Positions 17,540 through 26,761 of a stretch of DNA of 64,000 bases are shown here, piece after piece. The DNA is from Chloroflexaceae bacterium (GTDB lineage: Bacteria > Chloroflexota > Chloroflexia > Chloroflexales > Chloroflexaceae). The notes under the pieces are model-generated. The model was not told where the DNA came from. It ran no database searches and worked only from the letters and a program-made list of their open reading frames with translations. The stretch's first letter is position 1. Each line of letters opens with the position of its first letter. The stretch covers positions 68,079-132,078 of the forward strand of contig DAOTUE010000011.1 of the NCBI GenBank assembly GCA_034436975.1, given 5' to 3'. The position numbers were made by a program, and so were the translations under genes.

Positions 17540-19168
17540 CTACGGCGACACCCGCGGCCCCCACGAGAAAAACCAGAATCCCTTTTTGACCGCACCGGTA
17601 TCTGTAGGGTCAAACCCTTCGGGCCATTTCGTCCGTTTGTTGTATATCGCCTCGCTCAGGTTCACGCCGCTCAGGTTCGCCCCGCTCAGGTTCGCCCACC
17701 GAATATCGGCATTGTTCAGGTCGGCGTTGCTCAGGTCGGCGTTGCTCAGGTCGGCAGAAATCAGGTTTGCCCCCTCCATACTGGCTCCCTGAAAGCTGGT
17801 TCCGCGGAGTTTCGCGCCGCTCAGATCGGTGCCGCGCAGGTCATACCCATGAAAATCGTAGCCACTCAAGTTGGCTTCGCTCAGGTTTGTCCCACGCAGG
17901 TTTGTTCCCTCCAGCCTGGCTCCCGTGAGCTGCGATTCGATCGTAGCCTCGCTCAGGTTTGCCTCGCTCAGGTCAGTCTCGCTCAAATCCAGGTCCCTCA
18001 GGGTAAAGCCACTCAGGTCTAGCCCGCGCAAACTCGCCCGGTGCAGGGTTGCTCTGGTCAGGTTGGCCCAGGCTTCGCCGGTGGGCACCCACTCGCCCTT
18101 GTTGTCCAGCTTGTAGATACGGCGTAAATCGGTCTGGCTGAGATCGATCTCACTCAAATTTGCTTCGGTAAGGTTGGCAGAACCAAACCGTGCCCCCTTC
18201 AAGATTGCTCCGTGCAGGTTTGCCCCCACCAGTTTTGCCTCGCAGACCAGTGCATCGCTCAGATTGGCCCGCTCCATGTGAGCCAGTCCAAGATTTGCTT
18301 GCAGCAGAATAGCACCGCTCAAATCGCTCTCGGTCAGCCTGACCCCATACATAAAGGCTTCGGTCAGGTTTGCGCGGCCCAGGTCGGCCCGCTCCAGGTT
18401 TGTTTCATTCAGGTCCGCATAGCTCAGATTAAACCCGCTCAGGTTGACCCCTTCCATATTCGCCATAGCCAGCCGGGCCCGTATCAGTCGGGACCCTTGT
18501 AGATTGGCCCCGCGGAGGTTCGCACGGCTCAGGTCAATTTCGCTCAGGGGCAACCCGGAGAGGTTTGCTTCCTCCAGATTTGCATCCATCATCAGCACCC
18601 CACTCAGCGTGACCTCGTTCAAGTTAGCCCCGCTCAAGTTGACCCATCGGAGATTGACCTGGTTGAGCACGGCCCCTTGCAGGTTGACCCCGCTCAGAAT
18701 GGCGCGGCTGAGATTTGTTCCATTGAGGATAGCTCCGGAGAGGTTGACCCCGCTCAGGTCGGCCTCGCTCAGGTCGGCCCCACTCAGATTTGCCCTGCTC
18801 AGGTCGGCCCCGCGCATTTCGACACCTATCATCGTGGACCTGCTCAGGTTGGCTTCGGTCAGGGTGGTTTCCAGCAAACCGGAGCCACTCAGATTGGCCC
18901 CGCTCAGGTTGGCCTCGGCCATATTGGCCTGGATCAGATTGGTCTCTATCAGCGTCGCCTCGCTCAACACTGCCTGCGTGAGATCGGACTGACTTAAATT
19001 CGACCGGCTTAAATCTGATTTATTGAATCTGGATTTGCGAAACGAAGCCCCACGCAGCGATAGTTGAGAAAGATTCAGGCGAGTCAGGGTTTCCTCTTCG
19101 AGGACTATTGCCTCTGGTGCTTTCGATTCAATGAGTTGCTCAATTTGCTGTCGGGTCAATTTTGCCAT
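17540..19168 (-). CDS. Large pentapeptide-repeat protein (~540 aa, almost entirely A(D/N)LxX repeats)
   Basis: ORF 17540..19309. ATG at 19168 (MAKLTRQQIEQL). More than 80 consecutive pentapeptide units (ANLSGANLSG..., ADLSEADLSG...), with one short non-repeat insertion and a ~35-aa non-repeat tail. Confidence 0.85.
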   Translation of the reverse strand: MAKLTRQQIEQLIESKAPEAIVLEEETLTRLNLSQLSLRGASFRKSRFNKSDLSRSNLSQSDLTQAVLSEATLIETNLIQANMAEANLSGANLSGSGLLETTLTEANLSRSTMIGVEMRGADLSRANLSGADLSEADLSGVNLSGAILNGTNLSRAILSGVNLQGAVLNQVNLRWVNLSGANLNEVTLSGVLMMDANLEEANLSGLPLSEIDLSRANLRGANLQGSRLIRARLAMANMEGVNLSGFNLSYADLNETNLERADLGRANLTEAFMYGVRLTESDLSGAILLQANLGLAHMERANLSDALVCEAKLVGANLHGAILKGARFGSANLTEANLSEIDLSQTDLRRIYKLDNKGEWVPTGEAWANLTRATLHRASLRGLDLSGFTLRDLDLSETDLSEANLSEATIESQLTGARLEGTNLRGTNLSEANLSGYDFHGYDLRGTDLSGAKLRGTSFQGASMEGANLISADLSNADLSNADLNNADIRWANLSGANLSGVNLSEAIYNKRTKWPEGFDPTDTGAVKKGFWFFSWGPRVSP

Positions 19169-19568
19169 AACACTGTCGCATGGGTACCCACCTGCTGCGT
19201 GTTGTGGGAGAGGGCAACCACTGCTATCCCATCCTTTCTTTTCTTTCTTCTTTCTGTCTGCGCTCCAACTTGGTATCTCTGTGACACTGCTGGACAATTG
19301 CCTGGACAATTGATTGTGCCCATAATAGTATCATACAACGTGAGAATGTGCCACACCCTTTCCAACTTTTCAATGACCGTATAAACCCGCCGCAAGCCAC
19401 GTCACTTTAGTGGCAGTGGTCACATCGGTGTTGCTGGACGGAGAAGTATGCTATACTACCGGAAGTTATGGGATCGTTGCCAGATTTTATACCAGATACG
19501 ACAGGATGTTCTTTCGAGGCAATTCAAGGCATTTGAGAAAAAAGGCTTAAGAGGAATAGACAGAACCT

Positions 19569-20654
19569 ATGCATATTGCAATTATTGGATTGGCAAATAG
19601 TGGCAAAACAACCGCATTTAACGCACTGACTGGCTCAGCCGCCGAAACGACGCTCTATACATCCGGTCAGCTTGAACCAAATCAAGCGGTAGTGAAGGTG
19701 CCAGATGAACGGCTAGAGGTGCTGACGCAGATGTTTCAGCCACGCAAGACGGTTTATGCCGATGTGCAATATGTAGATGTGGCGGGAATTAGTAGCGAGA
19801 AGAAGGGGAGCGGCCTGCCGCCCGCCCTGCTCAACTACATCGGCAAGGCCGATGCGCTGTTGCATGTGGTTCGCGCCTTTGAGGATACAGACGTACCGCA
19901 TCCCGAAGGGTCGGTGGGTATGGCCCGCGATGTTGCCGCCATTGATCTTGAGCTGGCTTTTTCCGACCTGGCGATTATCGAGCGGCGGTTGACGCGGCTC
20001 CAGTCAGAAATCGGTAAGATGAGCGCACGGGAACGCGAGGCCCGCATCGCCGAGCGCGATTTGCTCGTGCGGCTACAAGAGGCCCTGGAAGCAGAAACAC
20101 CTATCCGCGCCCTGGAACTCTCCCCGGATGAAGAGTTGATGATCCGTGGCTATCAGTTTCTCACGGCCAAGCCGATGTTGCTTGTGCTCAACATTGACGA
20201 AGCTCATATCAGCGAACCGCCCGCTCTGCCCGGCGGCTACAACCACCCCCGGAGCGCAGTTGTGCCCTTCTGCGGCAAGATCGAAGCCGAACTTGCCCAG
20301 TTGAGCAGCGACGAAACACAGGCATTTATGGAAGACCTGGGCATTGAGGAGCCAGCCCGCAACCGCGTCATTCGCCTTTCCTACGAGTTGTTGGGGCTTA
20401 TCAGCTTCCTCACCGTGGGGCCCGACGAGGTCCGCGCCTGGCCCATCCGCAAAAACATTCCCGCAGTCGAGGCGGCAGGGGCGGTCCATACCGACATCCA
20501 GCGCGGCTTTATTCGCGTCGAAGTGGTTTCCTACGACGACCTGATGGCTGCTGGCGGAATGAACGAAGCCAAAAAGGCCGGGGTTGTGCGGGTAGAAGGC
20601 AAGCAATATATTGTCCAGGATGGCGACATATGCCATTTTCTCTTTAATATCTGA
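19569..20654 (+). CDS. ychF: Obg-like ribosome-binding ATPase YchF
   Basis: N-terminal G1 motif IGLANSGKTTAFNALT, 361 aa, C-terminal TGS-like end YIVQDGDICHFLFNI. Confidence 0.85.
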   Translation: MHIAIIGLANSGKTTAFNALTGSAAETTLYTSGQLEPNQAVVKVPDERLEVLTQMFQPRKTVYADVQYVDVAGISSEKKGSGLPPALLNYIGKADALLHVVRAFEDTDVPHPEGSVGMARDVAAIDLELAFSDLAIIERRLTRLQSEIGKMSAREREARIAERDLLVRLQEALEAETPIRALELSPDEELMIRGYQFLTAKPMLLVLNIDEAHISEPPALPGGYNHPRSAVVPFCGKIEAELAQLSSDETQAFMEDLGIEEPARNRVIRLSYELLGLISFLTVGPDEVRAWPIRKNIPAVEAAGAVHTDIQRGFIRVEVVSYDDLMAAGGMNEAKKAGVVRVEGKQYIVQDGDICHFLFNI

Positions 20655-20682
20655 CACACATAGTCCACGATAGACAGGACAC

Positions 20683-20730
20683 CCCCACGCAAAGACGCAG
20701 CGAGCACAGATGCTTGTTCTGCGTCTTTTG
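20683..20730 (+). repeat. Family-B related hairpin (degenerate copy B3)
   Basis: CCCACGCAAAGACGCAGCGAGCACAGATGCTTGTTCTGCGTCTTTTGC is a perfect GCAAAGACGCAG/CTGCGTCTTTTGC stem resembling the B1 core. Confidence 0.5.
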
Positions 20731-20805
20731 CATCTCTGGGTTTTATCTATAGCGGTCAGTGGTTCGTTATGAACCATTGACCACAGGAGAAGGGAGAACA
20801 AACCA

Positions 20806-22239
20806 ATGCGGAGAACCAAAATTATTGCAACCATAGGACCATCCAGCAACGACAGAGAAACAATTACGCAGATGCTGCACGCTGGTATGGATGTTGCCCG
20901 GCTGAATTTTTCTCACGGAACCCATAGCGACTATGCAAAAACCATTGCCCTGCTGCGAACGATTGCAGCAGAGATGAACCGTCCACTAACGATAATTCAA
21001 GATCTCCAGGGTCCCAAGATACGCACCGGTGCTTTGCGGGGGAAAGAGCCGGTGATGCTGGCAAAGGGCAACCGCCTGACAATTACGACCAGGGATGAGC
21101 CGGGGACGGCTACACAGGTCAGCACAACGTACCACCCGCTCCCGCGTGATGTCCGCCACGGGGATCGCATCTTGATTTCCGACGGGCTTATCGAATTGCG
21201 CGTCCTTGAAACCACTGCCGATGAGGTGCAGACTGAAATTGTTGTAGGGGGAATACTTCGCGAACACCAGGGGATCAACTTGCCGGGTGTTTCCATTAGC
21301 TCGCCCTCGCTGACAGAAAAAGACATAGCCGACCTGGAGTTTGGCCTGGCACACAGAGTAGACTATGTCGCGCTTTCGTTTGTGCGCCAGGCCAGCGATA
21401 TTGCCGAGATCAAAGAGCGTATTGCCGCGGCAAACAAGGATGTTCCGGTCATTGCAAAAATAGAGAAGCCCGAAGCCCTCGACGATCTGGCTGGCATTCT
21501 CCGTCTGAGCGATGGGATTATGGTTGCCCGCGGCGATCTGGGGGTCGAGATCCCCACGGCCCGCGTCCCCCCGGTGCAGAAGATGCTCATCCAGGCCGCA
21601 AATCAGGCCAGCATCCCCGTCATTACCGCCACACAGATGCTCGACTCAATGATACGCAACCCGCGCCCCACCCGTGCCGAAGCCAGCGACGTGGCAAATG
21701 CCATTCTCGATGGAACCGACGCGGTGATGCTGAGCGGCGAGACGGCGGCGGGGTTGTTTCCTGTCGAAGCTATCCAGATGATGGCCCAGATTGTTGAGGA
21801 AGCCGAATCGCTTGAACGCTGCCCCTTTGTCCATCCAAGCATCCCCATTAGCTGGCAAGAAGATATTCCCCACGCCATCAGCGCAGCGGCCCACGCCATC
21901 ACAGGGGCCCTCTCGGTCAAAGCCATTGTTGCTTTTACCCAGAGCGGCAACACGGCACGCCTGGTGTCACACCAGCGGCCCTGCGTCCCCATTGTCGCGG
22001 TCACGCCCTATGAAAAAGTCTACTTTCGGCTCAACTTGCTCTGGGGGGTGTTGCCCATTATGAGCGAATATGTGAATACCCTGACCGAACTGAGCAACAA
22101 AACAACCGCTATGCTCCTGGAACGGGGGTTGGTCAAGCCCGGCGACCGGGTGATCCTCACTGGAGGGCACCCGATGGCCAGCCGCGGCATGACCGACTTT
22201 CTCAAGATTCTCAAAATCCGTCCGCCGACAGACGATTGA
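20806..22239 (+). CDS. pyk: Pyruvate kinase
   Basis: MRRTKIIATIGPSS N-terminus, MVARGDLGVEIP motif, 477 aa. Confidence 0.9.
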   Translation: MRRTKIIATIGPSSNDRETITQMLHAGMDVARLNFSHGTHSDYAKTIALLRTIAAEMNRPLTIIQDLQGPKIRTGALRGKEPVMLAKGNRLTITTRDEPGTATQVSTTYHPLPRDVRHGDRILISDGLIELRVLETTADEVQTEIVVGGILREHQGINLPGVSISSPSLTEKDIADLEFGLAHRVDYVALSFVRQASDIAEIKERIAAANKDVPVIAKIEKPEALDDLAGILRLSDGIMVARGDLGVEIPTARVPPVQKMLIQAANQASIPVITATQMLDSMIRNPRPTRAEASDVANAILDGTDAVMLSGETAAGLFPVEAIQMMAQIVEEAESLERCPFVHPSIPISWQEDIPHAISAAAHAITGALSVKAIVAFTQSGNTARLVSHQRPCVPIVAVTPYEKVYFRLNLLWGVLPIMSEYVNTLTELSNKTTAMLLERGLVKPGDRVILTGGHPMASRGMTDFLKILKIRPPTDD

Positions 22240-22374
22240 TACCCAGAGGGAACCTTTTGTTTCGCGTGAGCGTCCTGTTGGGTAAGAGGAACGAAACGAA
22301 CGAAACTATTGTCCGATTGTCCCGTTGTCCAGAGGAAAGTCAGAATATCAGACAGGAAGGAAAGAACAGAATCT

Positions 22375-23124
22375 ATGTCATCTCGGAATGCTATCATTGT
22401 GAGTGTTGGGATCGTGCTCGTCTTTGCCGTGCTACTGGTTTTTGTCAACAATGCCAACACCGGCCCGGCTGTGGCCCGCTCCGAAGCGATGCTCGGCACC
22501 CGCCAGGTCACAGTGGTTGGTCATGGAGAGGTCAAGGCCAGTCCTGACACAGCCCATATCCAGCTTGGGGTTGAGACCGAGCGGCGCACGGCCCAGGAAG
22601 CCCTCAAAGAAAATAATGTCCAGGCCAATGAGGTTGTCACAAAGCTGATGGAACTGGGAATTGAGGAGAAAGACATCCAGACCAGCAATTTCTCTATCTA
22701 CCCGACGTATGACGACAATGGGCGTATCATCACGGGCTACCGCGTGAGCAACATTGTTGCTGTCACCATTCGCAACCTGGACCAGGCCGGCGAGTTGCTC
22801 GATCAGGTCGTGCAGGTCGGGGCAAATCGTGTCCACGGCATCCGCTTCAGTGTAGACGATCCTTCGGAGCTGCTGGCGCAGGCCCGCGACCGGGCGATGG
22901 ACGATGCCACGGCAAAGGCCCGCCAGCTTGCCGAAGCCGGCAATGCCGACCTGGGCGAAGTGCTGGTGATAACCGAAAACGTTGGCCAGACAAGTTTTCA
23001 GCTCCAGAATATATCACGCGGGCTTACCGCTGGCGATGAAATGGCACAAGCCGCTCCACCACCGGTCCAGGCTGGCGAGCAGCAATTTACCACGCGGGTC
23101 CAGGTAACATACCGGCTGCGCTAG
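22375..23124 (+). CDS. SIMPL-domain (DUF541) periplasmic/membrane-anchored protein
   Basis: N-terminal TM (IIVSVGIVLVFAVLLVF), then VTVVGHGEVKASPDTAHIQLGVE and the ...ITGYRVSNIVAVTIRNLD pattern typical of SIMPL proteins. Confidence 0.7.
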   Translation: MSSRNAIIVSVGIVLVFAVLLVFVNNANTGPAVARSEAMLGTRQVTVVGHGEVKASPDTAHIQLGVETERRTAQEALKENNVQANEVVTKLMELGIEEKDIQTSNFSIYPTYDDNGRIITGYRVSNIVAVTIRNLDQAGELLDQVVQVGANRVHGIRFSVDDPSELLAQARDRAMDDATAKARQLAEAGNADLGEVLVITENVGQTSFQLQNISRGLTAGDEMAQAAPPPVQAGEQQFTTRVQVTYRLR

Positions 23125-23164
23125 GGCCAGTGGCGATTGATATTGTTTGTGGGTAAACACGTTT

Positions 23165-23362
23165 ACCCGCAAAGGCGCAGAGAGCACAGAGGGGTAGTCC
23201 TGCATATCATAGTAGTGCTGTGGTACAATGCATGAAAAACCAGCCAGAACGGAGGACACACATTCTCCCATCTAGCGGGGGTAGGCTTTTTTCTTCTTCA
23301 CAAGGTCTCTGTGCTCTTTGTGTCTTTGTGGTTTTTTACGTGTTCAGGCGAACATGGTATAT
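23165..23362 (-). repeat. Family-B repeat, copy B4 (interrupted by ~100 bp)
   Basis: The right arm CTCTGTGCTCTTTGTGTCTTTGTGGTTTTTTACGTGTTCAGGCGAACATGGTAT matches B2. Its partner half ACCCGCAAAGGCGCAGAGAGCACAGAGG lies ~110 bp upstream. Confidence 0.6.
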
Positions 23363-23369
23363 ATGGTAT

Positions 23370-23708
23370 TTAGCCCCATTCGGAGCCAGGCAGGGGGTGC
23401 CGCTGCTCGCAGGGCAACGCGAGGCAACTTGAGCAGATACGAAACGGTACTCCCGTCCCATGCTCCATCACCAGCGCATCGCGCCCACCACAATAGCGGC
23501 AAACGCTCAAATTCTCAATATCGTCGGCCCGCCAGAGCTGCGGTGAGGCATCAAACCGCAGTATCCCATTGATCGAAAGGATGCCGACCTTTACACACAC
23601 TGCTGCGGGAAACACCTCTTCAACGCAGGCGAAAAGGCTATGGGCATAGGAGTAGACCTCATCTCCAACGTGAATAGTTCGCATACGAGGATGTTGACGG
23701 ATTTTCAC
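23370..23708 (-). CDS. Hypothetical protein with C-terminal CxxC...CxxC zinc-ribbon-like motif
   Basis: 112-aa ORF (GTG start, or ATG at 23684) downstream of the Cas4-like genes. CRYCGG...CSSC pair. No strong RBS, and the 3' end runs into repeat B4. Confidence 0.35.
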   Translation of the reverse strand: MKIRQHPRMRTIHVGDEVYSYAHSLFACVEEVFPAAVCVKVGILSINGILRFDASPQLWRADDIENLSVCRYCGGRDALVMEHGTGVPFRICSSCLALPCEQRHPLPGSEWG

Positions 23709-23780
23709 AATACTCCGGCCTGCCTATCAAAACCTTTCAACACGTTTGAGGACAATAGCTCAGCACGTTTGCCCAGCTCG

Positions 23781-24296
23781 CTATGCAACAAGCGATTCTT
23801 CGCACACATCGGCAAACCCGCAGCCACGGCAACGATTCGGATTGTTGTGACAACGAGCGCAATCATCCGCCTCCAGGTCGGCCTGCATCGCATCCAGCAC
23901 ATCCAGGAGCCGGCTCCGCACTGCTGGCGTATAGGGAATACGAAAACTGGCCTCAGCGTAGCGCAGCAACCCGTAGGGGGGGCGATGTACGGTTGTCGCT
24001 TCGAGTAGCAAACAGTAAACCACAACCTGCATCATATCTGACTCATAGGGCTGTGGGGCAGTGCGCCCCGGCTTGACCTCAACCGGTATCCAGTGCTGTC
24101 CAACCTGGATTATGTAGTCGGGCTTGCCTGTCAGCCCATAGTCTGACGAAAAGAGCGGTTGTTGGAGCGGCTCTCCCCCGCCGGTATCGCTCCCGACAAC
24201 CCGCACCCACGGAATACCCGTTTTTTCTCGCAGACGCAACGCATACCGCAAGAGAATAAGCGCGAGGAAAAAGCAGACAACAGCAGCAACAAGCAT
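23781..24296 (-). CDS. Cas4/RecB-like PD-(D/E)xK nuclease domain protein, C-terminal part (TM helix + nuclease core + C-x2-C-x5-C)
   Basis: ATG at 24296 (MLVAAVVCFFLALILL). GKPDYII...IPVEVKPG (D...ExK), the QVVVY (QxxxY) motif, and CRGCGFADVC at the C-terminus. Confidence 0.7.
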   Translation of the reverse strand: MLVAAVVCFFLALILLRYALRLREKTGIPWVRVVGSDTGGGEPLQQPLFSSDYGLTGKPDYIIQVGQHWIPVEVKPGRTAPQPYESDMMQVVVYCLLLEATTVHRPPYGLLRYAEASFRIPYTPAVRSRLLDVLDAMQADLEADDCARCHNNPNRCRGCGFADVCEESLVA

Positions 24297-24532
24297 CACA
24301 AGAGCGTGATCAGGCCCAGGATGAGGGCGATGAGGGCCAGGAACAGCAACCCTCCCGCAAGAAGGAGCACCCCGTTGCTTGCATTGACCATCCCGCCGTG
24401 GCGCGTGTGGAGCACCTCGCCCGCGGCGCGACGCTGGTGGCCCGCAGGCTCCAGGCCTGCAACACGGCGCAGCCACCAGGCCCGCGCACAAAAGAGGTAT
24501 TCATTCACTTCGCTGGCTCGGATAATGGCCAT
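24296..24532 (-). CDS. Cas4-like N-terminal part (SEVNEYLFCARAWWL cysteine motif + TM helix), separate ORF overlapping the next by 1 nt
   Basis: 78-aa ORF. The N-terminal motif matches the first Fe-S cysteine region of Cas4/DUF83 proteins. Its TGA overlaps the ATG of the 23781-24296 ORF (TGATG). Confidence 0.6.
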   Translation of the reverse strand: MAIIRASEVNEYLFCARAWWLRRVAGLEPAGHQRRAAGEVLHTRHGGMVNASNGVLLLAGGLLFLALIALILGLITLL

Positions 24533-24773
24533 CTCATACCATCCTGACTACTGACATTCAACCCACCAGTGGGCCAACACATAAACACAGAGAAACACAG
24601 GTTTTTCTCTCCACACCCAGTATACCACATCTTTCTCTTTTCTCTGCCTTCTTGCATTCCCCCTCAGCCCTTCAGCCCTTCAACCAGCACGATTTTGCAG
24701 GTATCTGGAAACCTGCTGCCAGAATCGGAAAGTGGCGGTATAATGAAAAGAGAAAGAAATGTGAGAAGGCGAC

Positions 24774-26066
24774 ATGAACAAACGTTTTGAAAAAGAGACC
24801 TGCACATCATTGCAATTGCAAGCCGAAAACGCAGCCTTGCAGAAGCGGATAGACGAGCTAGAAACAGAACTAAACACCGCATATGCTGATCTGGCCCGCG
24901 CTGCGCGGCTCAAAGATGAGTTTCTCGCCAGCATCAGCCACGAGCTGCGAACACCCCTGAACTCGATCCTGGGGCTTTCAGAATCGCTGGTCGAAGAGGT
25001 ATATGGCTCGCTCTCCGAACGTCAGATCAAGCCGCTACGGATTATTGAGCATAGTGGGCGACAACTCCTTACCCTTATCAACAGCATCCTTGAACTTATC
25101 CGTCTGGAAGCGGGCAAAGTTGCGCTGAATATCGCTTTGTGCGATGTCGCCTTTGCTTGCCACTCAAGCATCCAGGCTGTGAGCAAAGAAGCCAGAGCAA
25201 AACATATCAAACTCACGCTCACGCTCGATCCAGGTATCCCCATGCTGATGGTTGATGAACGCCGTCTGAAGCAGATTCTTATCAACCTGCTGACCAACGG
25301 GGTGAAATTCACCTCCGAGGGAGGAGAAGTTCGCCTTGAGGTGTCGGGCAATGCGGCCCAGCAGACGGTCTTTTTCACCGTGAGCGATACCGGTATCGGG
25401 ATAGCCCGCGAAGATATGTCACGGTTGTTTCAGCCCTTTGTTCAGCTCGATGGCAGCCTCTCGCGGCAGTATGCCGGGGCCGGGCTGGGGCTGGTCCTGA
25501 GCCACCGGCTGGCCCGCTTGCTCGGCGGGAGCATCACGCTCCAGAGCGAGGTAGGCCAGGGGAGCCAGTTTACTCTGGCTATCCCCAGAAACAACGAGAT
25601 GAACAACGAGCATTATCCCTCTGGCTATCATCCCGCCGCTTCCCTTGATGGCCTGCCCGCAGTGCTCGAAGGGTTGGCCACCCCGCTCCTCTTGATGATA
25701 GAGGACCACCGTCCCTGCATCGAGCGGACACAACACCTGCTCCTGGCCAATGGTTTCCGCTTTGTTGCTGCCTGGAACTGGATCGAGGCCGTGGAACGCA
25801 TCTACCAGGACCACCCTCGTCTGGTGCTGCTCAACCGCCACCCCCCGGACCTGGACGGCCTGGAGGCTATCCGACGTATCCGCTCTATTCCCGCTCTGGC
25901 CAATACCCCCATTATCGTTGAGACAACCGTTGTGCTGCCCGACGACGAGAGCCGGTGTCGAGAAGCCGGGGCAAGCGATTACCTCTGCTGGCCGCTCACC
26001 CCCGGCAAACTGCTTCCCATCATAGCCTCCTGCCTGAAGCAGGAGCAACACGTCCCCGCGCTTTAG
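24774..26066 (+). CDS. Cytoplasmic histidine kinase with C-terminal degenerate (pseudo-)receiver domain
   Basis: Coiled-coil N-terminus, H-box FLASISH56ELRTPLN, HATPase N/G boxes (NLLTNGVKFT, DTGIGI, GAGLGL). In the REC-like C-terminus the phospho-Asp position is N354 (LVLLNRHPPDLDG) and the conserved Lys is W406. Confidence 0.8.
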   Translation: MNKRFEKETCTSLQLQAENAALQKRIDELETELNTAYADLARAARLKDEFLASISHELRTPLNSILGLSESLVEEVYGSLSERQIKPLRIIEHSGRQLLTLINSILELIRLEAGKVALNIALCDVAFACHSSIQAVSKEARAKHIKLTLTLDPGIPMLMVDERRLKQILINLLTNGVKFTSEGGEVRLEVSGNAAQQTVFFTVSDTGIGIAREDMSRLFQPFVQLDGSLSRQYAGAGLGLVLSHRLARLLGGSITLQSEVGQGSQFTLAIPRNNEMNNEHYPSGYHPAASLDGLPAVLEGLATPLLLMIEDHRPCIERTQHLLLANGFRFVAAWNWIEAVERIYQDHPRLVLLNRHPPDLDGLEAIRRIRSIPALANTPIIVETTVVLPDDESRCREAGASDYLCWPLTPGKLLPIIASCLKQEQHVPAL

Positions 26067-26611
26067 CCGGCTGACTCAGAGGGTTTCACAACAAGGTTTT
26101 GATAATCGTTTGAGGTAAAGCAGGCCTGCCCTGCCTCCGGCGGGTCCAGCTCCATTGCCATCACTTCCATTGCATACTTGTTTGAGAAGGGCAACTTCCG
26201 GCCGGTCAACCGCTCATACAGTTTGTTCCAACGCCACACCCCTTTTGTCAAATAGGCAAAGGCAAAAACCGCAAGACCCATAATGGTAATGACCGCCCCC
26301 AGGAAGAGATAGAACAGGGGGGGGGTAAAATTCTCATCCACAATGTGTTCAAAAATGTAGATGAGACCACAAATTGCCACGCTAAGGAAGGGAATAATGG
26401 AAAGAAGCCCGAACAATGGGGTCCATATGCCATATTTCAGAGAACATACATTGCAGATAAAAGCAGTTTTTTCAGCTACCTGGTAGCGCACCACATTGAC
26501 TTTGCGATTGCCGCGCTGTCGTCTTTCCTTTCCCGATTCGACACCATAGTAATAATGATAATGCTTTCCTTTTCTGGTTTTCCCACACTTTGCACACACG
26601 TCACGGGGCAT
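26063..26611 (-). CDS. Hypothetical membrane protein with N-terminal zinc-ribbon (CAKCG...CNVC)
   Basis: 182-aa ORF with two clear TM helices. The local sequence is visibly AT-richer than its neighbours. Confidence 0.5.
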   Translation of the reverse strand: MPRDVCAKCGKTRKGKHYHYYYGVESGKERRQRGNRKVNVVRYQVAEKTAFICNVCSLKYGIWTPLFGLLSIIPFLSVAICGLIYIFEHIVDENFTPPLFYLFLGAVITIMGLAVFAFAYLTKGVWRWNKLYERLTGRKLPFSNKYAMEVMAMELDPPEAGQACFTSNDYQNLVVKPSESAG

Positions 26612-26761
26612 ACTCTGGCTCCTTGTTTTTCCTCAATTCAGGAATTACGAAATTGTGGCAATACTGCCGCTGCTGAACCTTTCTTCTTTTCCAATGGCTA
26701 TTGCGCTGTCTTTGTCACATACCATCGCCATTATAGCACAGGTCCTTTGAGCAATTTCAAA

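Noticed and set aside
17507-18992. Several plus-strand ORFs (17507..18022, 18444..18992 and others) with QVxxAQV-type repeats
   Set aside because: They are the reverse-complement reading of the pentapeptide-repeat gene. The periodic DNA keeps all frames open.
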